Assembly (NCBI GenBank): GCA_905479685.1
Contig: CAJQNJ010000006.1
Span: 20,111-84,110, forward strand
Origin: an uncultured Acidimicrobiales bacterium
Lineage (GTDB): Bacteria > Actinomycetota > Acidimicrobiia > Acidimicrobiales > SHLQ01
DNA length: 64,000 bases
Direction of reading: 5' to 3'
Shown: piece by piece, positions 9,513 to 18,537 of the stretch
Layout: each line of letters opens with the position of its first letter
Position numbering within the stretch: the stretch's first letter is position 1
Translations under genes and position numbers: made by a program
The notes under the pieces: model-generated
What the model was told of the DNA's origin: nothing
The model's input: only the letters and a program-made list of their open reading frames with translations
The model's database searches: none

Positions 9513-10058
9513 CTACGCAGCGGGTACGGCCTGAATCTCGAGTTCCACCTCGATCTTGTCACCGATCAGCATTCCGTCAAGGCCCACGGGCATGTTGAAG
9601 TCGATGCCGAAGGCAGATCGCAAGATCTTGCCTGTTGCGCTGAAGCCCGCGCGAGTCGTGCCATAGCCATCAACTGCGACCCCATGAAACTCGAGGTCGA
9701 ACGTCACTGGCTTCGTGATGCCGTTGAGGGTGAGATCTCCTGCAAGCGTCGACTCGGTGATCCGGGTCGACGAGAAAGTCATCTGGGGGTTGTTCTCGAT
9801 GCCGAAGAAGTCAGTGCTCTTGAGGTGTCCATCTCGGTCCGGGTTGTTTGTGTCGATCGACGAGAGGTCGACCGAGGCGGTGACGGAGCTGGAAAAAAGA
9901 TCGTCGGCGATTTCCACCGCACCAGTGAAGGCGTTGAACTGGCCGCGTACCTTGCTCAGTCCGAGATGGCGAACGGTGAACCCGACTGAAGAATGTACGG
10001 GTTCGATCGCCCACTCGCCTTTGGTGAGCGTCGGCATGGTTGCTTGCGTGCTGGTCAT
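9513..10058 (-). CDS. YceI family polyisoprenoid-binding protein
   Basis: WAIEPVHSSVGFTVRHLGLSKVRGQF is a typical YceI N-terminus. AAGGAG lies 8 nt upstream of the ATG. Confidence 0.85.
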   Translation of the reverse strand: MTSTQATMPTLTKGEWAIEPVHSSVGFTVRHLGLSKVRGQFNAFTGAVEIADDLFSSSVTASVDLSSIDTNNPDRDGHLKSTDFFGIENNPQMTFSSTRITESTLAGDLTLNGITKPVTFDLEFHGVAVDGYGTTRAGFSATGKILRSAFGIDFNMPVGLDGMLIGDKIEVELEIQAVPAA

Positions 10059-10079
10059 CGAGGTGTCTCCTTGAGAGAT

Positions 10080-10141
10080 GTAGTTAAGTATTGAATTAGA
10101 TGATACAGCGCACAGTTCATTATTTAACTACTTGAGGTATG
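10080..10141. promoter_or_regulatory. AT-rich promoter/operator region with a 13-bp inverted repeat
   Basis: GTAGTTAAGTATT (10080-10092) matches the reverse complement of ATTATTTAACTAC (10129-10141) at 11/13 positions. 10081-10130 is 28% G+C by hand count. Confidence 0.45.
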
Positions 10142-10218
10142 ACACTGTTCACAGCTCCGCGGCTCGATGCAGGGGAGCGTGCCATCCGCTCACGGCGTGA
10201 CTCTTCGTAACGTCTAGG

Positions 10219-12933
10219 TTGGCCCACATGACTGTGAGGAGACACATACTCGAACAACCCAGGCACTACCTCACCTCACTCTTCGAACCCAGGTCCGTCG
10301 CAGTGTTCGGTGCCAGCGAGCGAGCGACCGCTGTCGGCGGCGTCGTACTCCGAAACATTGTCTCTGGCGGATTCGACGGCGAGGTGTATCCGATCAATCC
10401 CCGACACGACGAGATCTCTGGCTTGCGGTGTTACCCCGACCTTGCGTCAGTCGACGGCGAGGTCGAATTGGTAGTCATTGCGACACCAGCCGCCACAGTC
10501 CCCTCGATCCTCGAGTCATGTGGAGAGAAGGGGGTGACCGCAGCGGTGGTCCTATCGGCCGGCTTTCGGGAGGCCGGCGACGACGGTCGACGACTCGAGC
10601 GCCAAGCGATCGAAGTGGCGCGGCTCTACGGGATCCGGTTCCTCGGACCGAACTGCCTTGGATTGATTCGGCCCAGCGTTGGGCTGAATGCGACATTTGC
10701 CAACGGCACCGCAGATGCCGGGAATCTCGCGTTGGTTTCACAATCGGGGGCTCTCTGCACAGCGATCGTCGACTGGGCGGAGAATCGTGACATCGGGTTC
10801 TCCGCGGTGGTCTCTCTGGGCATCTCAGCCAACATCGACTTCGGCGAGATCCTCGACTTCCTCGTGTCGGATCCCAAGACCGACAGCATCCTCATGTACG
10901 TCGAAGGCATACAGGATGCCCGCGCATTCATGAGTGCTCTCCGGGCAGCAGCGCGAGTCAAGCCGGTGATCGTGGTGAAGGCCGGTCGGCATCAAGCGGG
11001 TGAGCAGGCAGCCATTTCACACACGGGAGCGCTGTCCGGCTCAGACGACGTGTTCGACGCCGCACTGCGTCGTGCCGGTGTTGTGCGTGGCGTGCATGTG
11101 GGCGACCTCTTTGCCGCCGCCGCGGTTCTGGTCGGACGGACCCGGATCGATGGTGATCGGCTGACGATCGTCACGAATGCAGGCGGTCCCGCAGTGATGG
11201 CTTGCGACAAGGCCGCCGACCTCGACATCGCATTGGCCGAACTGTCGCAAGAGACGCTCGGGGCGCTCGATGCAGTGCTTCCCCCGATGTGGTCACATAG
11301 CAACCCCATCGACGTATTGGGAGATGCCGACGCGGAACGCTACGCGGAGGCAATCCGCGGCGCACTGGATGACCAGGGCACAGATGGCGTACTCGTGATG
11401 CTCACCCCGCAGGCGATGACTGATCCGACCGCCGTCGCCCGCCGCGTGATCGAGGTCGGCCAGAAGAGTACAAAGCCAGTTCTCACCTGTTGGATGGGTG
11501 GCGCGCAGGTTAGAGAATCGCGGGAGCTGTTCGCTCAGGCGCCGGTCCCGACCTTTCGTTTGCCCGAAACCGCCGTTCAGGGGTTTTCGTACCTCACGCA
11601 GTTTCACAAGAATCAGGAACTACTCGTCCAGACCCCAGGCCCGATGTCGTCGGAGTCGATCCCCGACATCGCCGGAGCACAGCTCATCATCGACAACGTG
11701 CTCGCAGAAGGGCGGTCGATCCTGACAGAGGTCGAGTCGAAGGCCGTCCTCGCAGCGTTCCGGGTACCGGTTACACCCTCGTCGATCGCACGCACCTCCA
11801 ACGAGGCGATCGTCGCGGCAGAGACTCTCGGCTTTCCGGTGGCGATGAAGATCCATTCGCACGACATCACACACAAGTCAGACATCGGCGGAGTGCGGCT
11901 CGATGTCGACAGTGCCGGCGCCGTTCAGCGAGCGTTCGACGAACTTCTCCGAGCAGCAGCCGAGCATCGTCCCGACGCCGATGTCGAAGGTGTTCTGGTG
12001 CAGCCCATGGTGCCCCTTGCGTCCGGTGTCGAGCTCCTGATCGGTATCAACCGCGACCCGATCTTCGGCCCCGTTGTCGTCTTCGGCAGTGGCGGTACCG
12101 AACTCGAGCTCTTGTCCGACAAGGCGGTCTGCCTTCCACCACTCAATCATCTGCTCATCGACGACATGATCGGCCGGACGCGGGCAGCGAGACGATTGGC
12201 GGGCTATCGGGGTAAGCCAGCGGCCGATCTGGAGGCAGTGCGAAACGTGTTGTTGCGGGTATCGGAGATGGCGTGCGAACTCCCATCCATCAAGGAACTC
12301 GACATCAACCCGCTGATTGCCGGACCCGACGGCGTCGTTGCAGCCGATGCTCGGATGGTGGTCGATCGATATTTCGTCGATTCGCGCCGATACTCACACA
12401 CAGCGATCCATCCGTATCCAAGCCATCTCGTTTCAACAACGCTGCTCGCTGGGGGGATGGCGTGCACGATTCGGCCGATTCGTCCCGAAGATGCCGAGAT
12501 GGAGCGAGCATTCGTCGACAACCTCTCTCCCGAGACGAAGCACTTCCGATTCATGAGCACCTTCAAACAGCTCTCAGCGACAATGCTGGCCCGTTTCACT
12601 CAGATCGACTACGACCGCGAAATGGCGTTCGTCGCCGTCATCGACCAGGACGGTGTGGACCTGGAGATCGGCGTGTGCCGATACATCATCAACCCTGATG
12701 GCGAGACCTGCGAGTTCGCGGTTGTGGTCGCGGACGATTGGCAGGGTCGAGGTGTTGCACACAAACTCATGGAGGTGCTCATCGAATACGCGCGATATCG
12801 CAGGCTCGAGACGATGGAGGGATTCGTTCTCGCAAACAACGAAGGGATGAAGGCCCTTGCGCGAAGCTTCGGATTCCGGGTCACGCCGGATCCACAAGAT
12901 CCGGGCATGGTCAGGACCGTGAAGTCTCTGTAA
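10219..12933 (+). CDS. bifunctional ADP-forming acyl-CoA synthetase-like / GNAT protein lysine acetyltransferase (PatZ/Pka type)
   Basis: The 904-aa architecture is: CoA-binding N-terminus (VAVFGASERATAVGG), succinyl-CoA-synthetase-like and ATP-grasp regions, then a C-terminal GNAT (FAVVVADDWQGRGVAHKLM). TTG at 10219; alternative ATG at 10228. Confidence 0.85.
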   Translation: MAHMTVRRHILEQPRHYLTSLFEPRSVAVFGASERATAVGGVVLRNIVSGGFDGEVYPINPRHDEISGLRCYPDLASVDGEVELVVIATPAATVPSILESCGEKGVTAAVVLSAGFREAGDDGRRLERQAIEVARLYGIRFLGPNCLGLIRPSVGLNATFANGTADAGNLALVSQSGALCTAIVDWAENRDIGFSAVVSLGISANIDFGEILDFLVSDPKTDSILMYVEGIQDARAFMSALRAAARVKPVIVVKAGRHQAGEQAAISHTGALSGSDDVFDAALRRAGVVRGVHVGDLFAAAAVLVGRTRIDGDRLTIVTNAGGPAVMACDKAADLDIALAELSQETLGALDAVLPPMWSHSNPIDVLGDADAERYAEAIRGALDDQGTDGVLVMLTPQAMTDPTAVARRVIEVGQKSTKPVLTCWMGGAQVRESRELFAQAPVPTFRLPETAVQGFSYLTQFHKNQELLVQTPGPMSSESIPDIAGAQLIIDNVLAEGRSILTEVESKAVLAAFRVPVTPSSIARTSNEAIVAAETLGFPVAMKIHSHDITHKSDIGGVRLDVDSAGAVQRAFDELLRAAAEHRPDADVEGVLVQPMVPLASGVELLIGINRDPIFGPVVVFGSGGTELELLSDKAVCLPPLNHLLIDDMIGRTRAARRLAGYRGKPAADLEAVRNVLLRVSEMACELPSIKELDINPLIAGPDGVVAADARMVVDRYFVDSRRYSHTAIHPYPSHLVSTTLLAGGMACTIRPIRPEDAEMERAFVDNLSPETKHFRFMSTFKQLSATMLARFTQIDYDREMAFVAVIDQDGVDLEIGVCRYIINPDGETCEFAVVVADDWQGRGVAHKLMEVLIEYARYRRLETMEGFVLANNEGMKALARSFGFRVTPDPQDPGMVRTVKSL

Positions 12934-12941
12934 GCGGTTTT

Positions 12942-13865
12942 TCACAGGCCAAGCAGAACGCGCACGTGTGCGGTCACAGACGCTCCAAGAGCAGCGAGGT
13001 CATATCCTCCTTCCAGTGCAGAGACCACTCGACCGCCCGCGTGTGATTGAGCGAGGTCGACGATCTCCTGGGTGAGCCATGCGAAATCGTCCTCGGTAAG
13101 GGCGAAGCTGGCCATGTGGTCTCGGACATGTGCGTCGAATCCAGCAGAGACGAGTATCAACTCGGGCTCGAACGCGTCGATTCGGGGAAGCCAGCTGTCT
13201 GCGACAGCAGAGCGGAAGTCGCTGCTTCGTGAGCCCGCCGGAAGTGGTAGATCGAGTACGCGATCGTCACCGTCGACCGATTCGGAGAATGGGTAGAACG
13301 GGTGCTGATAGGACGAGCAGAAGAGCACCCGAGGGTTGCGGCCGATGATGTCGAGGGTTCCGTTGCCCTGGTGGGCGTCGAAGTCGATGACTGCGATCCG
13401 CTCGAGACCGTGAGCTGCGAGCGCGTGGCATGCGCCTATCGCAATGTTGTTGAAGAAACAGAAGCCCATGGCGCGGTCCCGGGTCGCATGGTGGCCGGGT
13501 GGTCGGACGGCGCAGAACGCGTTGGCCAATTCGCCCGTGACCACCAGGTCAACCGCCCTCACCACAGCGCCAGCCGCGTGACGAGCGGCCTCGAAGGTAT
13601 GGGCATTCATCTGGGTATCCGCATCGACCTCGAAATATCCGGTATCGGGAACGTGTGCACCGACCCAGGCAATGTACTCACGGGAGTGCGCTCGCTCCAG
13701 CTGCTCCTCAGTCACCTCGGGGGCTTCGTAGGCTTCGAGGTAGTTCATGAGCCTTGCTTCGATCAGGGCATCGTTGATTGCCGACAGTCGCGCTGGCGAA
13801 TCGGGGTGGTCGTTGGGCATCTCGTGGGTAAGACACGCAGGATGGGTCAAGTAGCCGGTCGACAT
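12942..13865 (-). CDS. histone deacetylase family (Zn-dependent) deacetylase / acetylpolyamine amidohydrolase-like
   Basis: RPPGHHA and DFDAHQGNGT motifs, with a C-terminal EGGY. Confidence 0.85.
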   Translation of the reverse strand: MSTGYLTHPACLTHEMPNDHPDSPARLSAINDALIEARLMNYLEAYEAPEVTEEQLERAHSREYIAWVGAHVPDTGYFEVDADTQMNAHTFEAARHAAGAVVRAVDLVVTGELANAFCAVRPPGHHATRDRAMGFCFFNNIAIGACHALAAHGLERIAVIDFDAHQGNGTLDIIGRNPRVLFCSSYQHPFYPFSESVDGDDRVLDLPLPAGSRSSDFRSAVADSWLPRIDAFEPELILVSAGFDAHVRDHMASFALTEDDFAWLTQEIVDLAQSHAGGRVVSALEGGYDLAALGASVTAHVRVLLGL

Positions 13866-14261
13866 CCTCCGAGTTGAGCAGACTTCTCTGCACGCCGGGT
13901 ATTCATCACTGGCGTTGGACGCAGACTTGGCCGTGCGATTGCCCTCGAGTTCATCGAAAAAGGTAGTGAGGTTTGGGGCTCCACGCGAGACGGCAATCCG
14001 ATCTGCCGATCTCGGGTTGTGTTTCGCTCGACCTCGCCAGTGAAGCCACGGTTGTCGGTCCCAAGGTGTGCAACTCCGTACGCGATATCACGGTGACTGG
14101 TCCGATACTCGACACACGTTCTGAAAAACAGTTGGCGACGGAGACCATGTGTGAGAACTCCTTCTCGCTCCGTCGATTTTCCTGGTTCAGCATTCTCACG
14201 CGATGCTAGAGGGCGGCGTGCTCTGCAAGAGAACGTACTTGGAGGAGTTGTCGGACCGAGA

Positions 14262-15521
14262 GTGGGTGCTGTGACTGTTGCAGATTTGTTGATAGAGATC
14301 GTGGGGGAGGATTCGCCCGTACGAATCGAGGCATACGACGCGAGTTCCTTGGGTCCCACGAACAGCTCGACAACGATTCGGATCCTGTCCCCGCTTGCGC
14401 TCCAGCACGTCGTCGCTGCCCGCGGGAGGGAGATCGGCTTCGCTCGGGCGATCGTGGCGGGCGAGATCGAGATCGACGGTGATGTCTTTGGATTGTTCGA
14501 CATCAACGATCGGGTGGCCCAACAGACGATCAGCCATCAACTGATACGCCCCACTGCCGAACTCCTCGGCATAACCGGGCTTCGAGACCTGCTCCGATTC
14601 AGGCCACCTCCACCCCCGCCAGAGGAGATCAAGCTTCGAGGCAGGCTCCACAGCCGAGAGCGCGATGCCGAGGCGATCTCGAGTCACTATGACGTGTCGA
14701 ATTCGTTCTACGAAATCGTGCTCGGACGAGCAATGACCTACAGCTGCGCCGTGTTCGAGCGACCCGATGACGCATTGTTCACCGCGCAGGAGAACAAGCA
14801 TGACCTGATCAGCCGCAAACTTGGGCTGCGACCTGGTATGCGGCACCTCGATATCGGCTGTGGATGGGGCAGCATGGTCCTACACGCCGCGCGGCACTAC
14901 GGCGTGCAATCGGTAGGGGTGACCATCTCGCGGGCGCAGGCCGAACGAGCCCGAAAGCGCGTAGCCGACGCCGGATTGGCCGACCAGATCGAGATTCGCA
15001 TTCAGGACTATCGGGACGTCAACGACGGTCCTTTCGACGCCATCAGCTCCATCGGGATGGCTGAACACGTCGGCGGGCCAAACCAACTTCGCACCTACTT
15101 CTCACAGGTGCGGGGTCTTCTTGCCCCGAACGGTCGATTCCTCAACCATGCCATTGGACGTTCGGCGAATATCGAACCCGCCGGCCCCAGCGGGTTCATC
15201 CAGCGTTATGTGTTCCCAGACGGAGAACTCCACGAGCTGGGCGCAATGATCACCGCGATGCAAGAGAGTGGATTCGAAGCACGACACATGGAGACGCTGC
15301 GCTTGCACTACGCACGGACACTTCGAGCATGGGTCAGCAATCTCGAAGCGTCCTGGGATGAAGCCGTTGCCGAGGTCGGGCTCGGCCGTGCCATGGTGTG
15401 GCGCTTGTACATGGCTGGGTCAGCCGTTGCGTTCGAACGCGGCGAGATCGAAATCCACCAGGTGCTTGCGATGCCGCACGGAGCGGACCGCAACGCCATC
15501 CCATTGCGCCCCGACTGGTAG
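14262..15521 (+). CDS. cyclopropane-fatty-acyl-phospholipid synthase family SAM methyltransferase
   Basis: LDIGCGWGSM SAM motif and family-typical HYDVSNSFY. I chose the GTG at 14262, downstream of GGAGGAG at 14241-14247; the longest ORF starts at 14151. Confidence 0.85.
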   Translation: MGAVTVADLLIEIVGEDSPVRIEAYDASSLGPTNSSTTIRILSPLALQHVVAARGREIGFARAIVAGEIEIDGDVFGLFDINDRVAQQTISHQLIRPTAELLGITGLRDLLRFRPPPPPPEEIKLRGRLHSRERDAEAISSHYDVSNSFYEIVLGRAMTYSCAVFERPDDALFTAQENKHDLISRKLGLRPGMRHLDIGCGWGSMVLHAARHYGVQSVGVTISRAQAERARKRVADAGLADQIEIRIQDYRDVNDGPFDAISSIGMAEHVGGPNQLRTYFSQVRGLLAPNGRFLNHAIGRSANIEPAGPSGFIQRYVFPDGELHELGAMITAMQESGFEARHMETLRLHYARTLRAWVSNLEASWDEAVAEVGLGRAMVWRLYMAGSAVAFERGEIEIHQVLAMPHGADRNAIPLRPDW

Positions 15522-15581
15522 GCACTCGTTCAACCCCCAGTGCATCGTTGCGCTTGCTGGCGATGGGCGCGAAAGTGAACG

Positions 15582-16010
15582 ATGGCCGAGAACAAGACGA
15601 AGCCAACCGATGTCGACCCTGCAGCCTTCGTCGCCGACGTCGCACACGACACTCGCAGGGCCGATGCTGAGGTCCTCCTCGAAAGCATGGAACGCATCAC
15701 CGGGTACGCACCCAAGATGTGGGGTCCCGGGATCATTGGTTTCGGCCGATACCACTACGCCTATGAAAGTGGACGAGAAGGCGACTTCCTGATCGTTGGT
15801 TTCTCGCCGCGAAAGGCGAACCTCGTCGTGTACCTGATGCCTGGATACGACGACCTTGCCGAACCGCTGTCTCGACTTGGGAAACACAGAATTGGCAAGA
15901 GCTGCCTGTACATCAACAAGTTGGCTGACATCGATCAGAGCGTGCTCGAAGAGATGATCGCCGCCTCGGTCGAACGAATGCAGAAGATGTACGAAACCTT
16001 CTCGAGTTAG
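15582..16010 (+). CDS. DUF1801 (YdhG-like) domain protein
   Basis: KPTDVDPAAFVADV ... MWGPGIIGFGRYHY ... LVVYL pattern typical of DUF1801. Its stop overlaps the convergent gene's stop (TTAG, 16007-16010). Confidence 0.7.
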   Translation: MAENKTKPTDVDPAAFVADVAHDTRRADAEVLLESMERITGYAPKMWGPGIIGFGRYHYAYESGREGDFLIVGFSPRKANLVVYLMPGYDDLAEPLSRLGKHRIGKSCLYINKLADIDQSVLEEMIAASVERMQKMYETFSS

Positions 16011-17353
16011 TCGACGACGCCGGGGCCCTCAACGAACGAGCCACTGCGGAGCTGATGTGCCACGCCGTCTCTCGCGATCTCTTCCCCGCCCAGGTAGGTG
16101 GCGATCGCTTTGCCCTTGAGGACTCGGCCAGAGTACGGACTCCATCCGGCCTTCGAGAGCAGGTCACCCGCGTCGATCGTCCACGATCCATCCGGATCGA
16201 CGAGTACGAAATCGGCATCAGCGCCGACACCAAGATGACCCTTTCGGGGAAACAACCCATATCTCTTCGCTGGGGTCTCGCTATAGAGCCGTGCAACATT
16301 TGTTATGTCGATCTTGCCTCTCAGCGCGGCATCGATGAGTACAGGAAATGTCGTGTCCAAGCCTGGAAGCCCGAATGGAGAACTCCACATGTCTCCATCG
16401 AGCTTCTGCTCCATTGTCGACGGCGCATGATCGGTGGAGAAATGTGAGTAGGTGCCGTTTCGCACCAGTTCCCACATCGCTTCCTCGTCCTCATCTGAAC
16501 GAGCACGGGCTGGCGGCGTGAACTTACGGAGCGCGCCACACGAATGCACTTCATCCTCGCGTAGCAACAAGTACTGCGGGCACGCCTCTGCGGCGATGTT
16601 TGCCCCGCGCGCTTGGGCATCCGTGACGACGCCTGCCACGGCGGGGCTGCTCACATGAGCGATCGTTGCCCGAGCTCCCGTCACCGCAACCAGCGATGCT
16701 GCCGCCGCAGTTGCGGCCAGCTCGGCCTCGCGATTCCGCCACTCGAGCAGGATTCCGTTGTCGGTCCGTCCCGATTCCTTCAGCGCTTTCTCGGCAACTG
16801 CGGTGATCGATTCGTCTTCGCAGTGGATGAGCGTGGCCGCTCCGGCGCCCGAGATCTCGCGCAACGCCGCCAGCAGATTGGCCGGGTCAAGTCCGGGCAC
16901 GCCATGGGTCGAACAGGTGAAGATCTTGAAGAAGGCGACACCAGCGCGCCACAAGTCTCCGATCTGATCGACGCGGTCGGGCCACGTGTGCGCCGCCAGC
17001 GCATAGTCGACATTCGAACGTCCCACGAGGTGCGACTTCTTCGCGTGAAGGTCGACGACCTCTCGAATCGGGTGCCCATGGGTGTGTTCGATGATCGTGG
17101 TCACGCCCCGCGCCGCCGCCGCGGCGGTGCCAGATGGATAGTCCTCCCGACTGAGGTCCCCCGGCTCCATGAGGTGCACGTGCGTGTCGACACCTCCGGG
17201 CATGATCAGCAGATCGGTCGCATCGATTGTGATGTCTGCAGCGCCGAGGTCCTGCCCGACAGCTTCGACTCGGCCGTCTTGAATCCGCAGGTCGGCGCGT
17301 ACCTGCGCCGATCCAGAGACGATGATTCCCCCGCTCACGATGACAGCGGTCAT
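16007..17353 (-). CDS. cyclic amidohydrolase (allantoinase / dihydropyrimidinase / dihydroorotase superfamily)
   Basis: MPGGVDTHVHL metal-binding motif, a candidate carbamylated Lys in AFFKIF, and STDHAP. Confidence 0.8.
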   Translation of the reverse strand: MTAVIVSGGIIVSGSAQVRADLRIQDGRVEAVGQDLGAADITIDATDLLIMPGGVDTHVHLMEPGDLSREDYPSGTAAAAARGVTTIIEHTHGHPIREVVDLHAKKSHLVGRSNVDYALAAHTWPDRVDQIGDLWRAGVAFFKIFTCSTHGVPGLDPANLLAALREISGAGAATLIHCEDESITAVAEKALKESGRTDNGILLEWRNREAELAATAAAASLVAVTGARATIAHVSSPAVAGVVTDAQARGANIAAEACPQYLLLREDEVHSCGALRKFTPPARARSDEDEEAMWELVRNGTYSHFSTDHAPSTMEQKLDGDMWSSPFGLPGLDTTFPVLIDAALRGKIDITNVARLYSETPAKRYGLFPRKGHLGVGADADFVLVDPDGSWTIDAGDLLSKAGWSPYSGRVLKGKAIATYLGGEEIARDGVAHQLRSGSFVEGPGVVD

Positions 17354-18537
17354 GGTTCACTCCTGTTCGTTGAGAGGGCAGCCGCCGCTCGGAGCAACAT
17401 CTCCTCTGAGTTAGGTGCCCCGATGAGGCCGAGCGGCACGTATTGGGAGTCATGTTGTGTGGGAATGACAACCTGCGGAAGTCCAGCAAGCGTGCTCGGC
17501 GCACCGAGCCGAAACGAGTCGACCCGAAACGAGAGAAGCTCGTCGTCAGTCCATGCACGGAGCGGTCCGACTCGAGGTCTGACCGGCACGACCGCGATTG
17601 CACCTGCCGGTATCAGAGAGAAGAGCTCGTTCTTGTAGTCGATGTGCTGCTGACGATCTCGCCCCTGCTCCTCGAGTGGGTCGTCGGCGAGGGTCTCGCA
17701 TCGCCGCAAACGTTGTTGCACGTCGTCCGCGAGCGCCCTGATGTTGTCGGTTACCCATCGGGAGTGTTCCGCCCATATCTCACGGCCCTGGAGCCTGGCA
17801 AGAAGATCCCCCGAAGACTCGTCCATGAACCGACTCATGTCCGCCTCGGCGACAGAAGCACCGAATGCACTGCCGATCTGCTCGGCAGCAGCCTGCATGG
17901 ATGAGCGGTTCTTCGTGTCCTGGGAAGCCCACACATCCATCGGGCACAGGACCGTTGATGCCGCTGCAGTTGCACCGGTTGCTGGAGCGACCACGTCGAT
18001 GGCCTGTTGTAGGAGCCCTGGTTCACGAGCGAAGAACCCGATCACATCGAAGGACGGTGCAAGCGGGACCACACCAGTGGTGTCCACCCGGCCGTGGGTG
18101 GGCCGGATGCTGAACAGTCCACACGCGGCTGCGGGGACTCGAATCGACCCGGCAGTGTCGGTCCCGACGCCAAGATCCGCAGCATCTCCCGCTACCGCTG
18201 AGGCCGACCCCGACGACGATCCCCCGCAGTACGAATCCTCGTCGAACGAGTTGATCGGCGGCGACCCCTCGCCCACGTTGCCGATCAGCGAGTAGGCGAG
18301 CTGGTCCATCTTCGTTGTGCCGACGACCGTGCCTCCAGCGGCCCGGAGCTGCGCGACGATCGGAGCATCAACCGCGGATGGTTCATGTGTGTCGCGCCAT
18401 CGAGCGTGTCCGAAAGAAGACTGGTGACCAGCGATGTCGATCAGGTCCTTGACTGCGATTCGAACACCGTCGAGCGATCCGTGCGCGGTCGGTGCCAACG
18501 TTACGGACGGTTCGGTGAAGCACTCGAGTTCGTTCAC
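17350..18537 (-). CDS. amidase-signature family amidase
   Basis: GGSSSGSASAVA amidase signature. GTGA overlap with the upstream gene and ATGA overlap with the downstream gene. Confidence 0.85.
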   Translation of the reverse strand: MNELECFTEPSVTLAPTAHGSLDGVRIAVKDLIDIAGHQSSFGHARWRDTHEPSAVDAPIVAQLRAAGGTVVGTTKMDQLAYSLIGNVGEGSPPINSFDEDSYCGGSSSGSASAVAGDAADLGVGTDTAGSIRVPAAACGLFSIRPTHGRVDTTGVVPLAPSFDVIGFFAREPGLLQQAIDVVAPATGATAAASTVLCPMDVWASQDTKNRSSMQAAAEQIGSAFGASVAEADMSRFMDESSGDLLARLQGREIWAEHSRWVTDNIRALADDVQQRLRRCETLADDPLEEQGRDRQQHIDYKNELFSLIPAGAIAVVPVRPRVGPLRAWTDDELLSFRVDSFRLGAPSTLAGLPQVVIPTQHDSQYVPLGLIGAPNSEEMLLRAAAALSTNRSEP

